A program made the translations under genes and the position numbers. A stretch of 64,000 nucleotides of DNA from Thalia democratica (taxonomy: Eukaryota), in contig CBDBBG010000051.1 of assembly GCA_965202585.1 (NCBI GenBank), forward strand, positions 1 to 64,000. The letters are read 5' to 3'. Every line of letters begins with the position of its first letter. Positions within the stretch are counted from its first letter, which is position 1. The notes below the pieces were generated by a model. The model saw only the letters and a program-made list of their open reading frames with translations. It was not told where the DNA came from and did no database searches. This document shows, in pieces, positions 52,146-64,000 of this stretch.

Positions 52146-55100
52146 TACTTTTATTTGTTAGATATTGAAAAATGTGCAAAATTTTTACACCGAGCGTGTT
52201 TTCTCGCTTTCACACTTTTACAATAGCTTTAAGTTATTTTAAACGTCCGATTCTTTACATTGAGATTCTGTCTTTTTATTTATACATAAGTATTTATTAT
52301 CTTTTTTGTTTTTCAAAAAGTTCGTTTTAAGTTACTAGTTAACCTTCAATACAAACTCATTAATAAGTAACTAACATCAAAGCGGATATACAAAAATAGT
52401 AGAGTGGCAAAAAATCCTGGAATTTTGTAGAAAAATTGCAAAAATCCTTAAATTTTTTTAATTATAGTTTTTTAACAACTTTGATAAAATAAAAAATTAA
52501 AATTGTATCTTTCTTAGACTTAAAAAAAAGTACAGAAGTTATAATTAGTAATCGATATATTATTAGTTAAAATATCATTTTAGTTAAAGAAACTACTTAA
52601 CTACTTGCATTTTCATTGCTCTGAATGTCAAGTCAGTCAATAAGAGCCTATTTCTGACTGGTCTAACTGAATACAATTTAGATTAAGAGAAAATTAAGAG
52701 CAAGAGCAAAATAAGAGCAGAGCCAAATAAAAATGTCTGATGTAATGTTTTATGCCCAATGTTACTTATATTAAATGTTGCAAATTTTGACATACAAGTT
52801 TGCCACGGATCGAGCTGAAAAATCTTTTTTTGACTTTTCTAAATCAAACTCTTAATAAAAACCTATTAAAAAATACGTAACTAAAGACTTGAAAGTTTAG
52901 CTTGTTTCAAAAACTCAATTAGACCCTAAAAAATGATAAATTGCAAAAGCAAATTATTTTAGAAAATAATATTATCAAAATGCAGTTTTAAGTATCGATA
53001 AACTTTTTTTTTAAGAGCATGTTGACATAAATTTCCTAAAATTTTTCAAAAATCCCTATATTTTTCTGACTTTTGTAATTTTTACTTGTTTTTCCTGGCT
53101 TTGTGGCAACCCTGAACATATTATTTAATTAAAAAGGTTGATACAAAAAATTAAACAGTAATAAATTTAAAATAAAAACAAATAAAATCTAGATTGTATG
53201 GCTATTTATGATATATATCAACATAAAGGCTTTTGAACAATCACATGAGAAGAACTTTGAAAAAGTTGATTAAAATTACTACAGGGCTCGTGCGCGAAAT
53301 TTTTTTCATTTAGCCTGACTGAGACCAATTTAGCCTGACATTTTCTCAAAGTAAGGAAAATTCCCTTTAGATGTTATTTTAGGTATTAGGGGGTCTTGAT
53401 TAGTAATATTGTAGTCTCTGATTTCAACCAGCTTTATCTCAAAAATATTTAGAGCTTTAAAAATATGCAAAAAACAACACATAGCTTAGTTACAACTCAA
53501 TAAAATAAGGCTAAATTGTGAAAAAGGTGATTGATCCCCCCTATGCCCAAAACGTAACAAACTCAGTGATAAGTTTTAAAATAAGTGTTATTACAAACTA
53601 TTACTAGTGTAACAATTTAATATATATTACTTAACACAGTTGTTCAATTTAATTAAGCACTAAGTAAAAATATTATAACCAGCAGATTTATAATAAACGA
53701 CGTGCATTGTGGTGTTTTATTAAAATTTAAAATGAAACGCTTACAAGAGTATTAAAAATCAAACAAAAAGCTAAGTTGTTGAACTAAACTGTAATGTTTA
53801 AACTGTATTTTTTTATGAGTTTTCACAGTTATGACGTATATAATCTACTCAAAAAAAATAATGAAGATTCTTAAAAACTATTTAGAGATTCAAAAACAAG
53901 TTTTAAGCATTTATTTTTACAGATACTGACTGATTTTGATTTTAATAGCTAAACCATTTTTTAGAAATAAGTTAACTTCTCAATTCGATCTTAAAAAGAT
54001 TTCTCAACTTTTTTTAATCAAAAATTTTCAAGCATTTGAATTGAAAAAAAATAAAAATTCTCAAATCTTTAAATAAAAAAACTGATTTAGCCTGACGTTT
54101 TTCAAAAAAACTGATTTAGCCTGACTTAGCCTGACGCGCACGAACCCTGTTTTTGGTTAAACTTTAGAATCCGAATCTAGTCCCAGTTATCTACAAAACT
54201 AACAGAAAAGATCATAATTTTTTTAGTAGACAAAAGTCTTTACTTTGAAACTATAAATTAAACAAAAAAAAACAGCCTATAAAAAAACCAATTATCATTA
54301 ATAAATGTATAGCATGATATACTTTTTTGAATAGAAATAAATTTTAAATGACAGAAAAACATTTACAAGTATAGTTACAAATAAGATAAAATTAACAATA
54401 AGTTCACATTGTTGTAAAAGTTACAAAAACAGCTAGTCAGAAAAAATTTAATGACAAATCCAAACATTATTTTTCAATTTGCTTTTATTAAATGATTATT
54501 CTCTGACGGAATTAATAAAAACATGTTGAATGATTAATTCATTTTAATTTTTAATTGTTCTTTTTATGACATAACGATATTTTCTTTTGCTTTATCTGCA
54601 CTTTTTTCAATTTTTACCAATCAGTTTTGTTCTTACTGTTTTAATTTTTGTATATTATCTTTAACGTTGAATAATAAGGTTAGGTTTCTAGTCAGCGGGC
54701 AGCCTATTGTGTAACTTTTAACATAATGGTTATATTGGACATAAAATTTTGCAAGCCGCTTTATTTATGTTATTGTATGCTAACATGTAGTTTTTTGTTT
54801 AGCACTAAATCACAAAAATTTAACCATGGAATTATTACTACAGTTTGTTAGCAATTTCATTTTTACCAGCTTGTAGAAACTTATTTAATACTTTATCGAC
54901 TTATTTTCTTAGTAAAAACTTTAATAATCAAAAATAGTGGCCGACCGGATCTCACTCTAAGGCTGTATGTTATCCACTTCTACTCTATGAAAAATGATTG
55001 AACTAAAAATCAGAAGTTGTCGGTCTAATTACCTTTAATCGTTAACTGTAACGTAACTAAACGTAAGAAACACTGAAATTAAATCTAAAAGGTAAGCTCT

Positions 55101-57264
55101 GAATCAAAATAATCTTTACAAAACATTAAAACTAATTTTGTTAAAATACACGTAATAGGTAAAATTTTTGATATAAACATATTGAATATTTATATGCATC
55201 TTGCTTCTGATATTTTTAAAAAAAAGTATTCTATATTTTCATGATAACTATAACATAGTTTAATTTAATAATTTTATGATAACTAAGATTTAGTTAATTC
55301 GAATTGTTTTTCTAAACCAGATTTTTCCAAACTTTATTTTTCAAAACGACTTCTTTAAATAAATTCACTAAGCTATGGTCCCCTCTACTAAGATTTCTCA
55401 AAAAACTACCATTAAAAAACGGCTAAGACCTTTTTTTTTGCTCTTTATCATCAAATCCGGGATACCTAGTGTAATTAAAAACAACGTGCTTGAAAAAAAA
55501 GTCTTACCTAAGGTAGTTTTGAAACTTTCAGTATACATTCTGGAATTAATGACAAAGAGCAAAATAAGAAAAAATAAAAATATTTTAAAAGTATTTTAGA
55601 CTTACACTATATATATCAAAAAAAAATTTTGAAAATTAAACTAGGCATAAAATAAAAAAAAAATCACAAATTTCATTATATCTGAAAATCTTAATTTCAA
55701 ATAAAACCCGGATCCGGCAGAATACTAATTTTATGGATTCAGTAGATAATTTACAAACAATTTTTGTAATCAAATAATTTATTCAAAACTACTGACTTTA
55801 GAATATATTATCAAAATAAAAACTATTTAAATTAGCTTAAAAAAGTAAATAAATATTTTGTTTAAATGATAAATTTTATTTAAACAAACTCATAATAACA
55901 CATTAGCATTTATTTATCGTTAAGTATGTTATCAAAAAACTATCCAAAATATTGCGAATAAATTTATGATTAGTAATAAAAGTAACTGAAGCTTCTAATA
56001 CAAGCATGAAATACTTTGCAAAAACTTATATTACAATAGCAGAACTTTATAAAAACATCAGTTACTACACATAGTATGCTATAAAACTTTTTTAATATTT
56101 AACACATTAGAAATTTGATTTGAAAAACTTAAATTCAATCCAAGAATTGAATATCTTTTAGAAGATACTTGAAAAATTTAAGTTATAAGTTTATTCATTG
56201 TATATTCCAAAAACACTTATTCTGGTATTTAGAAAACATTTAAATCGAAAAAAGGTTAAACTAAAAGCTGTTGTTGTAGTGCAATTTTACAAAGTTTAAA
56301 TATTTTAACTCAATAATGAAATAAAAAAGGTTACATCATATTAAAGTAGAAACATTGAAATACGAAAATTAAACAAAAGTTTTTAAACTTAATTTAATAA
56401 CAGTTTTCTAAATAAACTGCATGATAAATTATGAACTCTCTAACTATAAAACTTCAGAAAATTATCATACCTTGAAACAATAAGTACCTAAACTCTCCAA
56501 TAAAAGGTTGACACGACTTGAAGAAAAACAAGTTACCATTGTTTTAGAGAAGTTAGTAAAAATACTGCTAATTAACCTTGAGTACCTAAAAATATCATTA
56601 AGATAATAAAGCTACTTAATATTTGAAAGGCAAAGATGCTTATTAAGAAACAAAACATTTCTAAAACATAAAAACAAGACTTATTTTAAAGGTCAAGAAA
56701 CATTTTAAGCAAATTAAACTTAGTTTTTTTTTGTTAATTAAAACAAGCCTGAATTTTTTATTTACTCAGAAAAGTTATGTGTGGCAACCATGCTACGAGT
56801 TCTAAACGAATTTAAATAGATGATTAATTTTTATTTAATTGAAATTGAATAACTGTTGTGTCATAAATTTGGAACCAGTAGAAAACTTATGTACTCAATA
56901 GAGCTTTGTATATCACTCAAAATTATAGAAAGACGGTGCAAAAAAAGTTCTCTTAGTTTTTAATATTAACTTAAGTTTAAAACTTGGAAAAATGTCATGA
57001 TCAAAAAAATTATCACTTACTTCAACATGTATAAAAATATTTCTGTCAAGCTTGTTTTCAGATAAAATACTTACAAAATTTCTTCTATTAGCAAAAAAGC
57101 TTAAATTTTTTCTGAGAAATATACTATCATACTTGCAAAGCATTTTTTGTTTTAAACTTCTCAATCAATACGCAGGTAAAACATTAATTAAAACATACTG
57201 AATAAAATAGTAATATGATCGTGCTAAAATGCTTGCGTTCAACATTACAACAAATCAAACATTT

Positions 57265-60200
57265 TCACGATTTAAACAAGCAGCTGAACAGTTTGGGCAC
57301 CAGAACGGGCATCAACCCGGCAACCACAGCCACGATCATGTTCTTGTGCTCCCACAAAAACCCCCTGTTGCGAGAACGCCACTTTTCATGCACTTCCGCC
57401 ATCCGCTCGCGACTCCTCCTGCTGATGTTCAGGCACGGCTCCACCTCCTCCAAACCGCACTCTCCGAGCAGGGAAATCCCCGACAGCCCCATGTAGCTGT
57501 GGAGGGGGTCGGCGTGGACCTGCGGCCACTTGCCCATCCCCCCGGTCAGCGGGTCCTGGGTGGAGAGGACAAAGTGGACGGCTTCTTCCTTGGACACCGC
57601 GTCGAGGTGGCCGACAATCTTCAGGGTGGATCCGATCCAGAAGGTGTAGCAGGTGTCGTCGTCCTTGTGCGGTCGGCCGTGGAACCCGCACCGCTGCCGC
57701 CACAGCAGCCAGTTGGTCAGCTTGTCCATCTTGCTTCCGCCCAGCACCTCGTCCAGCTTGCCCATCATCTTCAGCGAAGCCACCGCGCAGAACGTCGACC
57801 CGCCGTGGCTCTCGTTGCATCGTCCCTGGCCGAAACCTGTCGTTTGAAAGTTGATGGGTTTTTCACATCTCGCTTGGTTTTAATACTTTTTCAAAGGTTG
57901 TATAGTTAACATGGTATGAGAAAACGCTAGTGATTTTAAATAAAACAGCTGAAAGAATTTTTGAAGATTAAAATATATTTTCAAATTTTTATTGTTACAT
58001 TATTATACGTTTTACTTTGTTCATATGTTATTCTACAACACTAACCTCCGTCGTAGGAGAAACTGCTCGCGATGAACTCACACGCTTTTGTGACGTCGAC
58101 GCACGAGAAGTCGTTGAGTATGGTGCACACGCACATGGCGCAGTACATGAACCTCATGTCCCTCTCGCCATTTTCCACGCACATCTCCTTGAAACCACCG
58201 TCTTCCAGCTGGAGGGCTCTGATGCCTTCCAAGCAGCCTTTTCTGTTGATGAGTCAGTTGCTTGTTGCGTTAAGAAAAGAAATTGCTGTTTAGCACGTTT
58301 TGGTTTATTTTTTCTCAAAATAAGCGCTTGTGTTTATGTCAGTTTTGTTATACTTTCATTGCCTTGTATAAACACCACTATTGGTATCTTAAAAGTGCAT
58401 ACATCCATGTAGTTTATATTATTGAAGTTTGTGATTTAGTTAAAATTTAAGTGAAAATTAAAATGAGTCAATAGATAGAGATCTTTTTAAATATACACTT
58501 TATTGCCAATGATGTCATTAAAACAGAGAAATTCAAGTCTTGATGCTAACAAGTTTTACATCAGTGACTTTATACTTAAAGTAAAATACATTATTGACAC
58601 TTAAAAAAAATACTGAGAAAGTCATGTAACTTGTTATAAATTATAAAAAGTTACTCAGTATAGTACACATTATTACACTCTTAGTTTTTTAATCAACACA
58701 ACTTCTGAAGTAGTAAAACTTACTTAAGAAACTTTTTAACAGAAGTATCTAATACAGTTAAAACAAAACTTTTTATACTTAATATACGTATAACTAATAT
58801 ATTAACATTGAATTACTAGTCTACATTAACGCTAACAAGTAATAGAAACAGAATCAAAACATGAAAACATTACTTTGCTGAAAAGAAAACTGCTGACTAT
58901 CTTTGAATCAGTTTTGCTAAAAATAAAGAATGCTAGTATATGACAAAGGTAGCTAAAGGCTTTATGTTAAAGTTTATCTTAATATAAATTAATATATAAT
59001 GATATCAAAGATTAAATATACACCATAGCTTTACTGAGTGGAAACTTTATTTTTAATTTATTATATTTATTATAAACGAACATGTTCTATATCCTGTATA
59101 TGATTATTGACTGTTAGAAAATAACACTGAAATAACTTTGAAAAATTAAAACAAATTAGTATGATTTAATTAATAGCTATAAAAGTTGACTTTTAGTACA
59201 GGCATCTTACATTTTTTTTAAACATGAATTTGCAATGTCTATAACTGAAAATCTGTTTATAAAGCTATAAAAATTCAATGTTATATAAAAATTATAATGT
59301 TATTGTAGTAGTTTAATTAAAATAAATTAAACAAATGTTTGATTGCTTATTATGTAACCTTTGAAAAAAAGTTTTAAATATATTTTCATAATCTTTTTTT
59401 GATTGAAAACTTTTGAAGTTTTATGTTTATTAAGCAAAATGTTATGAACACAAACAAATTTTAAATCTAATTTAAACCTACTTTATAAATCACTGTAAAA
59501 ATATTTTTAAATGCAGAAACTAGCGCATGTAGCAAAAAAAAAATAAATTGGTGATAATTTTAGTTCAAGAATTTTTCTTTTTAACTTGAAGAATTTTTTG
59601 ATCAACTCTGAGAGTGTTTGATAATTTAAATTTTAAATAACATTTAAAATGATAACAAACCTTTTTTTAAATCAAAGTCTATCGCTGTTAGACTAAAAGT
59701 TTTCTCAAAAATAGTTAATAAGCTAGTATAAAATTTAAAAAATTTTAAAGATGCAAAACTTTACTAAATTTGTCTCCATAATATTTATCAAATTTATAAG
59801 AAAAGGTAATCAGACATTGTCAAACACAACTAATCAACTCTTATCAAATTATATAAAAAAAAAACAGTTCAATTAATCAACTAAACAAATCTTATAGTAC
59901 TTAAGATTTAGAAAGGACAAAAAAAAAGTACAAACCTGTCAACTCTTGACAAGTCATCCCCCAATATCAGCAATATCGACAGGGCGCAGTAAGTCATGGC
60001 AACGTGGGACGTGTTGTTTCCATTATCACACGCCCCATTAGAATCCCCTCCCATGAAACCGCACCTGTGCAAGTTGTCCCCGCTCTCATTGGATACTATC
60101 TGCAGCGAGTATATCCAATCGACAAGCTCTTCCTGATCTTTCAACACGTGGAGGGAATCCAACACGTCCAATGCCGACACGCAGAAGAAAATGATGGTGA

Positions 60201-60294
60201 GGCGTTGCGAGTCGAGCACACACATCTGGCTGGGCAGGGTGTTGAGGACCCGCGTGAAGTACTTGACGTGCTTCTCCTTGTAGAAATCACTCAT
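57265..60294 (-). CDS. PGGT1B: PGGT1B copy C, exons 60294-59936, 58242-58046, 57836-57265
   Basis: Same translations as copy A at +55,684. Confidence 0.96.
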
Positions 60295-61804
60295 GTGTTC
60301 GTTTTAATTTAAATTTTGCAATAATCTGTATGCAAAAGGTAGAAGTAGAATTTGATATAAGATTTTTTAAAGAGAATATTATACTTAGTAAAAGTAGAAA
60401 AAAATCCCATGACCTCAAAATTTACTACTTAACCTATCAAACTAAAGAATACAATGCTTTATCATTTTTTGTTAACTTTTAACATTTTCTTTTTAGTAAA
60501 CTGATTAGTCTATATTTGCAACATGGATATTTTGTTTAGAAGATAAGACTTAACATAATTGTTCTCAGTAAAACCTGGGTAAAAATAAAAAGCAGATGTA
60601 TGTAAGTGAACTACTATATCTATTTCCAAGTATAAGTATATTTTTCATTTTTAGAAAAAAAAAACTATTTTGTTGAGATATGAAGTAAAATTATTTGAAA
60701 TATCTTCATCAGTCAACTTACTAAGTGAAAATAACAATGGTATATGTTCAAGTACAAGTATATATAAATTGTGGAAAGCCTCAAGCTATCACTTGTATAA
60801 CTTTATTATGTTGTTAACTATTTGACTTTTGAGGGTATCACTTTGCTAAAAATTAAATGTTGAGGAAAATGTGCAGGTTTAATACTATAATGTAAAAGTC
60901 TTAAAAATGTTGTACACAAACTTTGAAACAAGAGTCTGGGTTAGTTTAGTTGATTCACCTAGCCAAAAAAAAATTGTTATGATCAAAAGTGGTAACACTT
61001 TTTTAAGTAAACACTTTTCAAAAAAATAGAAATAACTGTATGATGTGTAATTGTCTGAAACTGCTTGCAATATTTGCTTGTAAAAAGAGCTGTTAATTAC
61101 AACTTCATAGTTGAAATATTTTTGGTTTTAATACAGATAAAGCATAAGTTAAAAACAAAAAATACATTGTGTAAGATGAATAGAATTTACTAATTTATAA
61201 TACAATAGATTAAGTTAAAAAAATTCAGGACCAAGTAAAATAAATGACCCAAACTTTTGACAAGTTAAAAAATGACCTCGAAAGTGTCATTAAGTAAAAA
61301 TAATGATCCCAGATATATTTTTACAACAAAAATTAACTATTTTCAATTAATTTTCACTTTGGTCACTTTTGCAACAATAAAAATTTTGCAGGAATAAAAA
61401 TAAAAACTTATCAAAAAATACCAACCAAGGATGAGGGTTAAGGGTAACAGTAATAATAAAAAAATATCGACCAAAAGTAAGGGGTAACAATGATAGTTAA
61501 AAAATAGTGATATTAAATATGTATACACTTATAATATAAATAATAATTTTTAATTACTGACCAAGTGTAAGGGTTATGGGTAACAATGATAATTAAAGAA
61601 TTAAGTAAAAATAATGAACCCAAAAATTGAACAAGTAAATAATATGTCCCTAGAAAAATTTGGATTGAGTAAAAATAATGACCCAAAAGTCATTTATTTT
61701 ACTTGATTTCAAAAACAAAAACAATAGTAAAATCCAACAGACAGATATTTCAACTTGTTGTATGGACATGTGATAAAATAAAATAAATTTAAAAGATCAC
61801 TTAC

Positions 61805-61960
61805 AAACTTTCTTGTATGAACTTGAGTCCCTCACTCCTATACCTCAACTCAGTTTCAGAAGGAATTCCATCTTCAAAACTAGATGTTTTCTTCAGACCA
61901 GCCTTCTCCTAATACCAAATAGGCTTGCTCAGTTTATAGAAGGTTTTTTGGTGATGACAT
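61805..61960 (-). pseudogene. CCNK: Cyclin K pseudo-exon, copy C
   Basis: Same sequence as 6121-6276. Confidence 0.82.
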
Positions 61961-63334
61961 TAAGTTGGTTTTAATATATTTTCTGTTAGAAGTTTAATAA
62001 TTTGTAATACTAAGCTTTTACTTGTGTTGGGTATCTTGATAAAAATTTTCTTTTTATATAAATTAGTTTGTCTGTTTGTACTTAAAAGAATTTATAATTA
62101 GTTGTATGGTTTGAAAGTTTCAATGAGTTTAAAGATAAATTTAAGTTAATATAAATGAAACATTTTAGACCTCACAGCTCACAAGTAGTTAATGTTCATA
62201 ACTTTTCAAAAACAGACTAAGTTCTAAGACATAATTAGTCTAGCAACATAAAAAGTTTTTACAGCAGTATTATATCAGCACTTATTTAATTAAATAAACC
62301 AAATAAATGAGTTATGAAAAATTTAAACCGATAATATTTGTGGCTTAAAACTGAACTTGAACAATTTCAGAAATATCTTAATATAATGATGGCACAATCA
62401 TTCATGAATATTTTGATAATTGTGTCTTTATTTAGCATTCACTCACTATGAACAATGTGGCTTTTTATTTTCTACCTGCTTCAAAAAGTTGTTATATCAG
62501 TGACTACAAAAACTCAGTAGTTTTGGCAAATATGGCAAAACGATTGAAACTAAATTATAACTAAAATGAGTTTGCAAAAGTAAAGTGTAATGATATTACC
62601 TGATGAAAATAAAGGCTTTAAGCTAAATATAATTAATCTTATGCAAATTGTTAAGTAATAAACATGTTTAAAGAAAATAGAAAAAAAAAAATTGTAAAAT
62701 TTAGAGTTGAGAACTTAGTTTATACTTTTTTATGAAGTTGTCAATGTAGTTTATATGAGCACAATGAATTACTGTAGCTTAAATATTAAACAATACGTTC
62801 AACCAATTATCTTTACTGCAGTAAAAAATGTAGAAATTAAGAAAAACTTCAAAAGAACAAACTGAAATGAAAATAAAATATAAACAATTTATTTTTTACC
62901 AAAAAAAAAAGTATCTAAGGTTTAACATTATGTAAAATAAAAAGTATTTAGTGATCGAAAAAGCTAAAAACCACCCTGCTGTGCTAAGATAGTGTTTCAA
63001 TTTGTAGTTTTTATGAATTTTGTAAAATCTTACATTTTAATGTGACATCACAACTAAATAGTGTTTTGCAAAATTATTTTTTTCAATGAATATTCATTTG
63101 AGAAAAGCACTTGTAGTAAAAACAGCTCTAGATGCTGTAAGTGTAAAGTAACTCTAAATCTTTTTTTTTCTTTTTTATACTGTCTATGTGAGCTACTTAA
63201 GCAAACTCTATTTGATTGTCAATATTCTTGAAGATAAAACTTGATAGTTGTGGCTCATTTTATCTTCTAAAAATCTTATGTTTGTACATTGTGTGAGTAA
63301 GTTTAAGAAAGCATTTGACCTAGTTTGGGAACCA

Positions 63335-63881
63335 ACAGTCTTGAAAGTTTATGTTGATAATCTATACTATTTCTCATGCAAATTCTTTAAAAAATGTTTT
63401 TAATTTATCTTCTAATTCATCATATAATGCATTCATTGTACTTACAGTCTTGAAAGTTTATGTTGATAAAATATACTATCTCTCATGCAAATTCTTTGAA
63501 AAAAGTCTTTATTTTATCTTCTAATTCATCATATAATGCATTCATTGTACTTACAGTCTTGAAAGTTTATGTTGATAATCTATACTATTTCTCATGCAAA
63601 TTCATTGAAAAAGTCTTTATTTTATCTTCTTATTCATCATATAATGCATTCATTGTACTTACAGTCTTGAAAGTTTATGTTGATAACATATACTATCTCT
63701 CATGCAAATTCTTTGAAAAAAGTCTTTATTTTATCTTTTAATTCATCATATAATGCATTCATTGTACTTACAGTCTTGAAAGTTTATGTTGATAATATAT
63801 ACTATTTCTCATGCAAATTCTTTGAAAAAATTCTTTATTTTATCTTTTAATTCATCATATAATGCACTCATTATACTTACA
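63335..63881. repeat. 109-bp tandem repeat, copy C
   Basis: Same as 7651-8197. Confidence 0.95.
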
Positions 63882-64000
63882 TGATGCTATAAAAAAATCA
63901 TCAAGAGGCTTTAAAAACTTGCATCTCAGTCTTTGAAATCTTTAAAACATCATTGTAAAGTGAACTGAGTAGAAAAAATTTAAAAGAATTCTTTTGAAAA

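Larger units (their letters stand above)
27862..55703. repeat. Copy B of the 27,842-bp tandem repeat
   Basis: Constant offset to copy A from 1229 to 27533 and to copy C throughout. Confidence 0.98.
55704..64000. repeat. Copy C of the tandem repeat (truncated by the window end)
   Basis: Matches copy B at +27,842 wherever compared, including the unit-start region. Confidence 0.98.

Overview
Very AT-rich eukaryotic (animal-like, probably invertebrate) DNA made of a head-to-tail tandem array with a 27,842-bp period: copy A 1-27861, copy B 27862-55703, partial copy C 55704-64000. Every tracked ORF recurs at exactly +27,842. I found only two places where copies differ: the first ~620 bp of copy A (about 24 substitutions and 5 indels) and an 11-SNP patch at 24724-24897. 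Each unit has one intact 3-exon minus-strand gene for geranylgeranyltransferase type I beta (PGGT1B, 375 aa, catalytic residues intact) with an unusual hydrophobic C-terminal tail. Each unit also has a cyclin K pseudogene missed by the ORF track, three tRNA genes (Ile-AAT, Asp-GTC, Asn-GTT), a cluster of 3-4 decayed paralogous ORFs of unknown family, several MITE-like elements, long hairpins, and three short-period tandem repeats (~109, ~171, ~155 bp). In the Ile-Asp pair, the Ile terminator overlaps the first bases of the Asp gene. No rRNA, CRISPR array or intact transposase was seen. All comparisons were made by eye and reference sequences were recalled from memory, so small copy differences may have been missed.
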